This document shows positions 1 to 8,075 of a DNA stretch of 54,252 nucleotides, piece by piece. The notes below the pieces were generated by a model. It did not search any database and was not told where the DNA came from. It saw only the letters and a list, made by a program, of their open reading frames with translations. The DNA is from a virus (lineage: Duplodnaviria > Heunggongvirae > Uroviricota > Caudoviricetes), in IMG/VR virus record IMGVR_UViG_3300035547_000249. The stretch is one strand, 5' to 3'. The first letter of the stretch is position 1; the number at the start of each line of letters is the position of its first letter. The translations under genes were made by a program, and so were the position numbers.

Positions 1-543
1 TGAAAGAGTAACTGCACTAAGAAAAGCTTTAAGTAAAAAAAAGAATTAAAAAGTTAAAATTAGTAGTATCAACGCTTATTATTAAACTGAGCTAGAAATT
101 AATAGTTTAATAAAATGGATTATATTTATCTAATTATATATATAGATAGACATAAAACTAAAGTGTTGCAATGGGTTCCAAACAGACAGAGTCTAGATAT
201 GGAACCCAATTCCTGTCAGCCGATTGTTTTGGAGAAAAATTATAATGATAATACTCTACGGCAATTGGTTGTGTCAAGGAAAAGGTCGAGTGGGTATGGG
301 TGGGCAAATTTTAAGTCTGGGGTAGCTGACTATAAATGCTACTTAATGGTCTTTGGTAGCCGACTTTAAATGCTACTACTTAATAGATTGTCTATACGGA
401 CATTAAACGCAATATGGATTGTTTTAAATTATTTATTAGTTATGAAGGATACGAGGGTAATTAGATAGACTCTCGTATCCACAAGGAAGTTTGGCAAAGT
501 TTTTTTCATTTTTGAATCACTAAAAGTAAGAAAAGGAAGATGG

Positions 544-735
544 ATGGTATTTAATGTAAACAATAACGAAGTAGTATTAACAGAGGCTGATAACCCCAAA
601 GAAGCTTGTGAGGGTTGTTGCTTCAATGTTACAGAAGGTGTATGTCCAACCATTAAGAGGGGTGCATGGACAGCACTTATGTGTGAAATGGTTTTAAGTA
701 AAAAAGGAGCTAATCACTTCAAAACACTTAATTAA
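544..735 (+). CDS. hypothetical protein (Cys-rich)
   Basis: 63-aa ORF in the operon direction; no recognised motif. Confidence 0.5.
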   Translation: MVFNVNNNEVVLTEADNPKEACEGCCFNVTEGVCPTIKRGAWTALMCEMVLSKKGANHFKTLN

Positions 736-781
736 CTAACCTCTTTAATAATTACAGCACTTATTTTTTAATAAGTGCTAA

Positions 782-864
782 GCCGGGGTGGCGGAATTGG
801 TAGACGTGTCAGACTTAGAATCTGATGTTCTTAGAGCGTGGGAGTTCAAGTCTCCCCTCCGGCA
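782..864 (+). tRNA. tRNA-Leu(UAG)
   Basis: gccgggg/ctccggc acceptor, tcaga-CTTAGAA-tctga arm, long variable arm, GTTCAAGTC T-loop. Confidence 0.95.
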
Positions 865-865
865 C

Positions 866-945
866 AAAAGAGCCGAAGTGGTTGGTTCATCAAACATAAG
901 CTATAAATTTATCAAAAACAAACCAATCACAAAACTAGCTCTTTT
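866..945 (+). ncRNA. novel CGAA/AWAACUA RNA motif, free-standing copy A
   Basis: aaaagagc/gctctttt stem, CGAA opposite AAAACTA, 10-bp gtggttggtt/aaccaatcac stem with GTTCATC; directly after tRNA-Leu. Confidence 0.7.
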
Positions 946-949
946 ACAT

Positions 950-1018
950 GGGTAGTAGGTCATGGTGACCAAGCAGGTTCCAACCCTGCAGGAAGGGGTT
1001 CGATTCCTCTACTGCCCG
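950..1018 (+). tRNA. tRNA-Trp(CCA), short D-arm
   Basis: gggtagt/actgccc, gcagg-TTCCAAC-cctgc, G73. Confidence 0.8.
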
Positions 1019-1023
1019 CAAGC

Positions 1024-1101
1024 AGGATCGTAGCTCAGCCAGGTTAGAGCAACTGCCTTTTAAGCAGTAAGTCATGGGTTCGAATCCCATCGATCCTACC
1101 A
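1024..1101 (+). tRNA. tRNA-Lys(UUU)
   Basis: canonical cloverleaf, loop CTTTTAA, encoded CCA. Confidence 0.95.
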
Positions 1102-1136
1102 GATTTCTTCTAACGTTAAATGGAGGTGCTTATGAA

Positions 1137-1355
1137 GTGAAACCCATTGAAAAAATTCGTGAAGAAAAACGCTTATTGAAACAAAAACTAATAAGTGAAC
1201 TGTCTGTAAAGGTAAATGATTTATGTAGTGCATTCACTAGAGAAACCGGATGTATTGTTAATTCAGTAGATTTTGATTTTATTGAAATTCTATCTACTGA
1301 TGGAGAAAGTGACTACATTATAGATCGTGTTAACATTGACATAGACAGAATTTAA
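1137..1355 (+). CDS. hypothetical protein
   Basis: GTG start after GGAGG; the 1074 start in the ORF track lies inside tRNA-Lys. Confidence 0.6.
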   Translation: MKPIEKIREEKRLLKQKLISELSVKVNDLCSAFTRETGCIVNSVDFDFIEILSTDGESDYIIDRVNIDIDRI

Positions 1356-1537
1356 CCCAAATTAAATTTTGAGAGAGCCGAAAGCTATAGTTCATCGGAT
1401 AATAATAACATACTATGAAATGATATTTACTAGGTTCAAGTCCTAGAGACTCGCCCGCTTTCGTCTTCCGTCGGCGTGGCATTTTAAAAACTATGGCCCA
1501 AACTTGCTCTTTCATTAACACATGGAGGAATTAAACT

Positions 1538-1693
1538 ATGAAGTGTGTAATCAAAAATGATGAAAGTGAAGTAAAAAGAGTAAATGATGAGAAAGCTTCT
1601 GAACTTGTTGATACTGGAAGTTTTTCATACTGCGGAAAAGAGGTATGGAAAAAGAGAGTAAGAGACAAGGTCAAAGAAAAGAATAAGAAATGA
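1538..1693 (+). CDS. small hypothetical protein (51 aa)
   Basis: GGAGG RBS; ATGA overlap with the next ORF; translated by hand. Confidence 0.6.
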   Translation: MKCVIKNDESEVKRVNDEKASELVDTGSFSYCGKEVWKKRVRDKVKEKNKK

Positions 1694-1947
1694 GTACGAA
1701 CTTGTGGTGTAAAGAGGTAGAGTTAAGGCAAACACCTACTTATATCACAGAAATGATTTATTTTAACCATAGAGAAGAGCCTGATGACTGGAGAAATATT
1801 AGATTTAGGTATTTAAAATGGTTGAAAGGTCAAATGTTGTATGAGGGAAAAATAAGTAAAAAAGAATTTGATTACCGAAAACAACTTTATGAAGCTCATA
1901 AAAAGATACTTATGTCATATAAAAAATTAACTTTTGACATAATATAA
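1690..1947 (+). CDS. hypothetical protein
   Basis: 85-aa ORF coupled to the upstream ORF. Confidence 0.65.
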   Translation: MSTNLWCKEVELRQTPTYITEMIYFNHREEPDDWRNIRFRYLKWLKGQMLYEGKISKKEFDYRKQLYEAHKKILMSYKKLTFDII

Positions 1948-1954
1948 CCAATGT

Positions 1955-2366
1955 GCCTGGGTGGCGGAATTGGTAGACGCAAGGGACTTATTGCTTAATT
2001 TGAGCACATATATAGGAAACTTATATGTGAATGTTGTCAAATTCGGGGAAACCTTAACAGATAATGCTGATGGCAATCCCGAGCCAAACCTAAAAAGTAT
2101 TATATTACTTTAACACAATATTTTAATATAATATTGTCAGGAAGATTTTAACATAATATTATTAGGAAGGTGTAGAGACTATACGGCAACCTTCTAAGTA
2201 GCAAGGGGTAATAGGCATATTATCGCAGTTCGAATCTGCACTATATGAAGAAGAGATAGTCCAGACCACAAATTATCATTTTTTTTGATAAGCAGTGAAA
2301 ACTGTAGTGGTAAGAAAATCCCTCGGTCGGAAGGCTGTACGAGTTCAAATCTCGTCCCAGGTACCA
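1955..2366 (+). tRNA. tRNA-Leu(UAA) split by a group I intron
   Basis: exons 1955-1989 and 2315-2366 join to aggga-CTTAAAA-tccct; encoded CCA. Confidence 0.93.
1990..2314 (+). mobile_element. group I intron (IC3-like) between U34 and A35
   Basis: core AAATTCGGGGAA / AATCCCGAGCC / GTAGAGACTA / ATAGTCC; U.G pair in P1; terminal G. Confidence 0.93.
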
Positions 2367-2412
2367 CATTAAAAACCGTGCTCCGGTAGTTCAACTGGCA
2401 GAGCCACCGGCT

Positions 2413-3108
2413 TAATTAGTAAAAACCTAAGTAGTAATTTCGTATGAGGGATTGTGTAGTTCTGTGTGGCAATTAGCACATAATAGAATACATTTATCTG
2501 CCTCAGTATACAATTTATCAAGTGCACGATTAGAACAACTTCTCATGTCTAGTTTAAACTTTTTAGTTTTTTCCTCTACATGATGAAATGTCAGTACTGC
2601 TGAATTCTTACAGTATCCGCATTTCTGACATTTACCACCAAGGTATTTAATTAAGTCTAATCTTATTTTTCTACCTTTTTTGTTCTTTAATTCTTGATAG
2701 TTTTTGGATTTTAATCTTCCAAGCGACTTTTTATTTGTTTTTAATTTACACTTTTTTAGTCTATACATTGTCGCTGTTTGAGAAATTCCTATTTTATTAG
2801 CTATTTCTCTAGTAGATAAACCTTTATCTACTAAAGGTTTTAATTCATCATAAAAATTGTTCATAAAGATTTTCCTATATGGTTTTAACTTGATGGGCCA
2901 TAACTATACCTAAGTATTAAGTTCCTATTTAATATAAGGTTAGTTAATTGTATCTTGTCAAATTCGGGGAAACCTTAACAGGTAATGCTGATGGCAATCC
3001 CGAGCCAAGCCCGTAAGGGAAGGTGTAGAGACTATACGGCAAGGCCGAAAGGTAAGATATAGTCCAGACTACAAACCAGAAATGGGCAGTGAAAACTGTA
3101 GTGGTAAG
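2413..3108 (+). mobile_element. group I intron between U33 and C34, with an HNH gene in the P1 loop
   Basis: same core as the Leu intron; exon ggct pairs with ggcc at 2896-2899; terminal G3108. Confidence 0.9.
2427..2864 (-). CDS. intron-encoded HNH homing endonuclease with N-terminal HTH
   Basis: CQKC..FHH..LLCANCHTELH; antisense to the intron. Confidence 0.85.
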   Translation of the reverse strand: MNNFYDELKPLVDKGLSTREIANKIGISQTATMYRLKKCKLKTNKKSLGRLKSKNYQELKNKKGRKIRLDLIKYLGGKCQKCGYCKNSAVLTFHHVEEKTKKFKLDMRSCSNRALDKLYTEADKCILLCANCHTELHNPSYEITT

Positions 3109-3168
3109 CATAACCGGTCAGTTGTAGGTTCGAGTCCTACCCGGAGTACCAAAGAAAAGAAGGTAAAC

Positions 3169-3432
3169 ATGTATAGAATAAAGGTTCTTTATAGGAAAAA
3201 CCTAAAAATGAGTCCTGGCAAACTTGCAGCACAAACAGGTCATGCTGTGCTTGGTCTTCAACCAATTAAAGACACAAGTATAGTAGTTCTTGAAGCATCG
3301 GACAGAAAATTTTTCGAGAAGCTTGAGGAGTTGAAAGTAAGTGGAAAAGAACACCACACTGTCCGTGATGCTGGAAGAACAGAAGTTGAACCTGGAACAA
3401 TAACATGTGTAGCTTTCTTAGAGTATAAATAA
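3169..3432 (+). CDS. pth2: peptidyl-tRNA hydrolase, Pth2 type
   Basis: MSPGKLAAQTGHA and VRDAGRTEVEPGT motifs; start moved out of the tRNA exon. Confidence 0.85.
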   Translation: MYRIKVLYRKNLKMSPGKLAAQTGHAVLGLQPIKDTSIVVLEASDRKFFEKLEELKVSGKEHHTVRDAGRTEVEPGTITCVAFLEYK

Positions 3433-3544
3433 GTGATGTAAACGAACATAGGGGTCGTTGGATATCGGGAACAAATGGTACCAGACAAAATCCTGATGTA
3501 TCTGTCCTTTTGGTACGATGTAGGGCGTCACTTATATTAATTTA

Positions 3545-3815
3545 GTCCCTGTAGCTCAGCTGAATAGAGCAACGGCCTTCTAGTTAATACTGGGCCTCAT
3601 AGTGGAAACACTTTGAGTGTAAGTAGTCAAATTCGGGGAAACCTTAACAGTTAATGCTGATGGCAATCCCGAGCCAAGCCCGTAAGGGAAGGTGTAGAGA
3701 GCAGACGGCTACCACCTAAGTCAACAGATAAGGTGAAGGGGTGCTCCAAGGAGTAGAGAAATTTACACAAACTTGAAGCCGTAGGTCACAGGTTTGAATC
3801 CTGTCAGGGATACCA
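3545..3815 (+). tRNA. tRNA-Arg(UCU) split by a group I intron
   Basis: exons 3545-3581 and 3776-3815 join to acggc-CTTCTAA-gccgt; encoded CCA. Confidence 0.92.
3582..3775 (+). mobile_element. 194-nt group I intron between U36 and A37
   Basis: shared core; P1 U3581.G3592; P7 GAGCA/TGCTC; terminal G. Confidence 0.9.
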
Positions 3816-3886
3816 GGAGCTATAACCATCGGGGAAGGTGTCAGACTGTCGATCTGATAAGGCGGGTTCGAGTCCCGCTAGCTCCG
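3816..3886 (+). tRNA. tRNA-Asp(GUC)
   Basis: tcaga-CTGTCGA-tctga, G73; abuts the CCA of tRNA-Arg. Confidence 0.9.
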
Positions 3887-3909
3887 CAAATTAAAATCAG
3901 GAGTTTTAC

Positions 3910-4344
3910 ATGTTTAGTATAATCAAAAAGTACATTAGTGAAAGAAAGAAAAAGAAAGAAACTAAATTATATCGTTCAGGATTTGGATGGGCTATGGTAA
4001 GATACTATTGTGAAGGTCTTCCAATAGAAGAAATAGAAAGTTGGGTGCATTTATCTAAACAATTTTGTAATTATAATGAGTTTGATGAGGGCATTGAACA
4101 TGCCATTAAAATCATAAACGATATTAAATTAATTAAACAAAGGTATAATTTTATGAAAGAAAATATATATGATGTAAATTGGTCAAAAAAATATATAATG
4201 ACTGGTTCAATGCGAGTATCTGCCAAATCAAATGACGATGCTAATAGTAAAGTGTCAAAGGTGTTGGGCGATCTAGTTGGTTCTATGCAATTAACTGATG
4301 AAGATTCTGTTGAATCACATATAGTAGAAAAAAATTCTATATAA
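3910..4344 (+). CDS. hypothetical protein
   Basis: 144-aa ORF with AGGAG RBS. Confidence 0.6.
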   Translation: MFSIIKKYISERKKKKETKLYRSGFGWAMVRYYCEGLPIEEIESWVHLSKQFCNYNEFDEGIEHAIKIINDIKLIKQRYNFMKENIYDVNWSKKYIMTGSMRVSAKSNDDANSKVSKVLGDLVGSMQLTDEDSVESHIVEKNSI

Positions 4345-4936
4345 TAACTTGCCCGCATAACTCAGTGTGTAGAGTGCTTGCCTTACAAGCAAGAAGCCAT
4401 TGGTTCAAATCCAGTTGTGGGCACAAAAGTGTGTCCTTTGTAATATACCCATTATCAAATTCCCAGTGATGGTTTTTGCATAGTGCTATTAGGTTATTAA
4501 GTGAGTTTACTTCGATTATTTTTGTATTTTCTGGAAAATCTTTTATTCCAGTTATATGGCAAACATCAAAGTGCAAATCATACCCGCAAATAACACATTT
4601 CTTAGGTTTATCTGATTTAAGATAAAATCTGCGGGCATGATCTCTTATTTGTCTATAATTGTTTGCTGGCTGTTTTTTGTTTCTTGACAATATGTCTTTT
4701 ATTGTGGTAACATATAGCCAATCAGATCTTTTGTCTAAAGACTCTTTAATTCCTGAGTTTCTGCAGGATTTACAGAATTTATTTGATTTTGGTATGGGTG
4801 TATTACATGATTTACATACCCCTCTTGGTTTATTATTAAATTTTGCTGAATGTGATATACTACAAAATTTTCTGCCAATTGGAATTGTAATATTACAATA
4901 TTTACATTTGTTTATACCCATTTTTTTTGTCTCCAT
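4337..4936 (-). CDS. HNH endonuclease with Zn-finger repeats
   Basis: CxxC repeats and DVCH..NLIALCKNHHWEFD; start set at METKK; C-terminus reads antisense through tRNA-Val. Confidence 0.8.
   Translation of the reverse strand: METKKMGINKCKYCNITIPIGRKFCSISHSAKFNNKPRGVCKSCNTPIPKSNKFCKSCRNSGIKESLDKRSDWLYVTTIKDILSRNKKQPANNYRQIRDHARRFYLKSDKPKKCVICGYDLHFDVCHITGIKDFPENTKIIEVNSLNNLIALCKNHHWEFDNGYITKDTLLCPQLDLNQWLLACKASTLHTELCGQVII
4351..4423 (+). tRNA. tRNA-Val(UAC)
   Basis: cttgc-CTTACAA-gcaag, canonical arms. Confidence 0.93.
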
Positions 4937-5002
4937 GAAAAACAATATATTTTTAATATAACTACTAATATTAATATTACAATGGCTTATATAAAAAAAT
5001 AC

Positions 5003-5076
5003 AGACATGTAGCTCAGCCGGTTAGAGCACACGCCTTATAAGCGTGAGGTCAGCAGTTCGATCCTGCTCATGTCTA
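5003..5076 (+). tRNA. tRNA-Ile(UAU)
   Basis: cacgc-CTTATAA-gcgtg, canonical cloverleaf. Confidence 0.92.
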
Positions 5077-5196
5077 CAAGAAGTATCGTTGTCATGAAGT
5101 TTGAAAATCAATAAAAATTAAATTGACTATCATAGTCATGAAGTTTCAATTTTTCAAAAAAATAAATTGACATAATAAAATTGATGGGTATTTTAT

Positions 5197-5379
5197 ATGG
5201 TTAAATACAAGGTAAATGATTTTGTAGAACTGTTGGATGAGAAACCAAACAGTATCAATAAGGAAGCAAGAGTTAATAAGGTAGATGGTGATTATGTTTT
5301 TGTCAGTAATCTTAACATGCCTTTTATTGGAACTCTATGTAACAAAAAATTACATAAAAGTAAAGTAAAGAAAATATGA
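5197..5379 (+). CDS. hypothetical protein
   Basis: 60-aa ORF. Confidence 0.5.
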   Translation: MVKYKVNDFVELLDEKPNSINKEARVNKVDGDYVFVSNLNMPFIGTLCNKKLHKSKVKKI

Positions 5380-5469
5380 TGAGTTCAGGTTGGTTTTTTT
5401 GTTAAAATTTTCATATTGGTTCTCCACAGGTGGTACAGCTATTTTGTGTTGTACCACCATAAGATAAAT

Positions 5470-5544
5470 GCCCGTATAGCTGAGCTGGTTTAGCACAGCC
5501 CTTGTAAGGCTGGGACGGGGGTTCAAATCCCTCTGCGGGCTCCA
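5470..5544 (+). tRNA. tRNA-Thr(UGU)
   Basis: cagcc-CTTGTAA-ggctg; encoded CCA. Confidence 0.93.
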
Positions 5545-5571
5545 TTAAAATAAAATAGGAGATTATTAATT

Positions 5572-6279
5572 TTGAGTGATAAAAAAGTCAGTAAAACCCC
5601 ATGGGTTATGTGGTCTTTCGTTGTTGTAATTGTAATTTACATGGTTATTATGACTATGCAGTTTAAATCTGTTGATAATTTGAGTGATTTGAATGAACAC
5701 TATAAATACACAATGGAAAAATTAAAAACTGAAAATAAAAGACTCGGTGGGTATGAGGAAGAAGCTTTACAGTTAAGAAATGAAAACGATTCCTTATCAG
5801 AAAAGATGAAGTCATTAAAAGCAGTTAAAAGAAAAAATGAAGAACTGTCTGGTTTTATTATGTCTTTACAACCAAAACTGGACATTGAAGTTTCGAATAT
5901 TATCGCAGCAAAGATAATTGAACATGCAAATGCTTTTGGATTTCCTCCTTCTCTAATAGCTTCCTTGATGTATAGGGAGTCTTCATTTAACTTAATAGCT
6001 GTTAGTTCAGCTAAATGTGTTGGTTTGATGCAAGTTAATCCTGCAGCTCATACTGATAAAATAGAAGATATGGGGTTAGAATACCATAATTTATTTTCAA
6101 TTGATGAAAATATCAAACTTGGTTGCATGATACTCTATGAGTATTATAGTTCAGAAAAGGATATTAGAAAAGCATTGACAAGATATGTTGGTGGTTCGCA
6201 TGATAACTATGTTAATGATATTCTTTCCATGTATTCTAATTATCAGATAAACGAGTTCGGAAAAAACAAGGAACAATAA
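5572..6279 (+). CDS. membrane-anchored lytic transglycosylase (SLT domain)
   Basis: N-terminal TM helix, coiled coil, YRESSFN..AVSS..GLMQVN. Confidence 0.85.
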   Translation: MSDKKVSKTPWVMWSFVVVIVIYMVIMTMQFKSVDNLSDLNEHYKYTMEKLKTENKRLGGYEEEALQLRNENDSLSEKMKSLKAVKRKNEELSGFIMSLQPKLDIEVSNIIAAKIIEHANAFGFPPSLIASLMYRESSFNLIAVSSAKCVGLMQVNPAAHTDKIEDMGLEYHNLFSIDENIKLGCMILYEYYSSEKDIRKALTRYVGGSHDNYVNDILSMYSNYQINEFGKNKEQ

Positions 6280-6289
6280 GATAATCACA

Positions 6290-6377
6290 GGGGAATGTTC
6301 CAGGTAGGAGTCTGTAAAACTCTGGTCGCAAAATAATCTTGGTGGTTCGACGAGTGGTTCAATTCCATCATTCCCCA
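6290..6377 (+). tRNA. atypical tRNA-Tyr(GUA) with reduced D-arm
   Basis: ggggaat/attcccc, ggagt-CTGTAAA-actct; only ~10 nt in the D region, ~29-nt variable region. Confidence 0.6.
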
Positions 6378-6423
6378 CAGGAAAACAATGTAAATATATA
6401 TATATAATGAGAAAGATAATAAT

Positions 6424-6627
6424 ATGTATAAACCATATGAAGCAGTAATGGTTAACCCATTCTTCAGTAAAGTAACTTTTGAAGGAGATACCATTTTTAC
6501 ATATCTTTTAGATTACAGTGAAGCTAAATTACAAGCTAATCTTTTTAATAACATTTATGCTTTGGGGGTTATGAAAGCATGTAACTTGGCTGATAACAGA
6601 GAAGAGATACTAAAAATATTGAAATAA
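6424..6627 (+). CDS. hypothetical protein
   Basis: 67-aa ORF. Confidence 0.5.
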   Translation: MYKPYEAVMVNPFFSKVTFEGDTIFTYLLDYSEAKLQANLFNNIYALGVMKACNLADNREEILKILK

Positions 6628-6634
6628 AAAACAT

Positions 6635-6699
6635 AAAAGGACCGAAGATTGTAGTTTATCTATTTGGAGAAAACACTACAATTACTAACTTGTCCTTTT
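6635..6699 (+). ncRNA. novel RNA motif, free-standing copy C
   Basis: aaaaggac/gtcctttt, CGAA opposite ACTAACTT, gattgtagt/actacaatt, GTTTATC and AAAC. Confidence 0.7.
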
Positions 6700-6718
6700 A
6701 AATAATTTTTGAGGTAAT

Positions 6719-6970
6719 ATGAGACTTCCAGAAATAGTTAAGGAAATAAATGAAGTTGAAAAATTAAGGTTAAAGTTAAATAGCTTATTCGAAAAAGAAT
6801 CTAGTGTGTGTCCACATGTATCTTTTAGAGAAAGTTCGTTGTTTGAGTGGCAAACAGAAAAAGTTTGTAACAGAGAGGACAATCTATCTATAGGAACGCA
6901 TTATACGACGTTTTGTAAGCCAGAGTTTTGTCCTATGCAGGTAGAAAATTTGGTTGGTATGGGAAAATAA
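6719..6970 (+). CDS. hypothetical protein
   Basis: 83-aa ORF with GAGG RBS. Confidence 0.55.
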   Translation: MRLPEIVKEINEVEKLRLKLNSLFEKESSVCPHVSFRESSLFEWQTEKVCNREDNLSIGTHYTTFCKPEFCPMQVENLVGMGK

Positions 6971-6996
6971 ACACATACTACTTACAAAATTAATAC

Positions 6997-7025
6997 TTGA
7001 CAAACTATTTAACTAACCTTATTAT
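6997..7025 (+). promoter_or_regulatory. sigma70-like promoter
   Basis: TTGACA-17 bp-TATTAT; predicted +1 falls at the start of motif copy D. Confidence 0.7.
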
Positions 7026-7030
7026 TAATA

Positions 7031-7109
7031 CAGGACCGAAGATATTGGTTTATCATATAACAGTTTACAAAAACAGTCCAAGACAAGACCATTATCATAA
7101 CTAGTCCTG
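7031..7109 (+). ncRNA. novel RNA motif, free-standing copy D
   Basis: caggac/gtcctg, CGAA opposite ATAACTA, gatattggtt/gaccattatc, GTTTATC; 5' leader of tRNA-Gly. Confidence 0.72.
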
Positions 7110-7113
7110 ATAT

Positions 7114-7185
7114 GCGAGCATAACTCAATTGGTAGAGTGCTGGCCTTCCAAGCCAGTGACCTCGGTTCGATTCCGGGTGCTCGCT
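7114..7185 (+). tRNA. tRNA-Gly(UCC)
   Basis: ctggc-CTTCCAA-gccag, U73. Confidence 0.95.
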
Positions 7186-7216
7186 CAAGTAACCATTTAA
7201 TGTGAGGAATACCCAT

Positions 7217-7927
7217 ATGGGCAAAAGAATATATAAGCAAATGATTTGGTGGCCAGTAATGCCTATATGTGATAATCAACTTAAAGATGTTAGAAAAGAA
7301 GATTTACTTTTCGATGGTTTATATCGGTCATGTAATACTTATAGGGGTGGTGGGGGCTATGACGAATTTGGAAACATATATGAAAGACGTTTTGGAATTA
7401 CTCCAGAACCTGTACAGTTTGTAGTTCAGCTTAAAGGATGTCCGTTAAATTGTCCATACTGTTACGTTACGCCTGATGGTATTCATGGCAATTCAGTAAT
7501 GGTAAATACAAATAAACTATTAGATGATTATGAATCAACCGGGCTAAAAGTGTTTCATCTAATGGGCGGAGCACCAGCTATTTATTTAGAACACTGGAAA
7601 AATCTTACAAGAAATTTTAAGAAAGACCAAATATTTCATAGTGATTTTCTGCTGGTGGAAAACTTATATAAACCTTCTTGGTTGATAGACCTTCCAGGCC
7701 TGCATGCGGTATCTTTTAAGGAAAAATACCTTTATAATAAGGATCAACTTGGAATTATGTGGAAGAATTTAAGAACACTTATAGATTGTAAAGTAAACTT
7801 TTATATCACTTTTACAGGAAGAGATGAGTTTAGTCATAAAATATATGATGAGTTTGGTCCCAAAGTATTAGAAGATAGTTTTTTAATTAAGATTCAGAAA
7901 TATAAGGCCCTGTGGACTAATGGTTAG
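7217..7927 (+). CDS. radical SAM-like protein
   Basis: CPLNCPYC (CxxxCxxC) and a GG motif (LMGGAP). Confidence 0.65.
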   Translation: MGKRIYKQMIWWPVMPICDNQLKDVRKEDLLFDGLYRSCNTYRGGGGYDEFGNIYERRFGITPEPVQFVVQLKGCPLNCPYCYVTPDGIHGNSVMVNTNKLLDDYESTGLKVFHLMGGAPAIYLEHWKNLTRNFKKDQIFHSDFLLVENLYKPSWLIDLPGLHAVSFKEKYLYNKDQLGIMWKNLRTLIDCKVNFYITFTGRDEFSHKIYDEFGPKVLEDSFLIKIQKYKALWTNG

Positions 7928-7978
7928 GTCACAACCCTTTCAAGGTTGTAGTTGCCGGTTCAAGCCCGGCCAGGGTCA
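7906..7978 (+). tRNA. tRNA-Glu(UUC)
   Basis: caacc-CTTTCAA-ggttg; overlaps the last codons of the upstream ORF. Confidence 0.93.
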
Positions 7979-8075
7979 CATGGACTTAGTGTTGTATGAC
8001 ACGAGAGATATAATAAACTAACCTCCTTATAAGTGAGAGGGTATTATACCCTTAGAGTTTATTAGGAGGAAGTTT

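Larger units (their letters stand above)
2380..3151 (+). tRNA. tRNA-Met/Ile2(CAU) split by a group I intron
   Basis: exons 2380-2412 and 3109-3151 join to accgg-CTCATAA-ccggt; encoded CCA. Confidence 0.9.

Noticed and set aside
866-945. Theta/HDV-like ribozyme after tRNA-Leu
   Set aside because: No nested double pseudoknot or HDV-like L3 and J4/2 sequences.
1982-3775. Group I introns as IStrons
   Set aside because: None contains tnpA/tnpB or IS ends, and the two IS elements show no group I core.
5088-5172. Short repeats TCATGAAGTTT and AAATTGAC
   Set aside because: Only two short AT-rich copies; a possible operator, but not supportable from the sequence.
7031-7109. The recurring motif as a hairpin or hammerhead ribozyme
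   Set aside because: It has superficial GAAG, AGUC and AAACA words, but GUC is paired and covaries, the topology differs, and there is no CUGANGA core.
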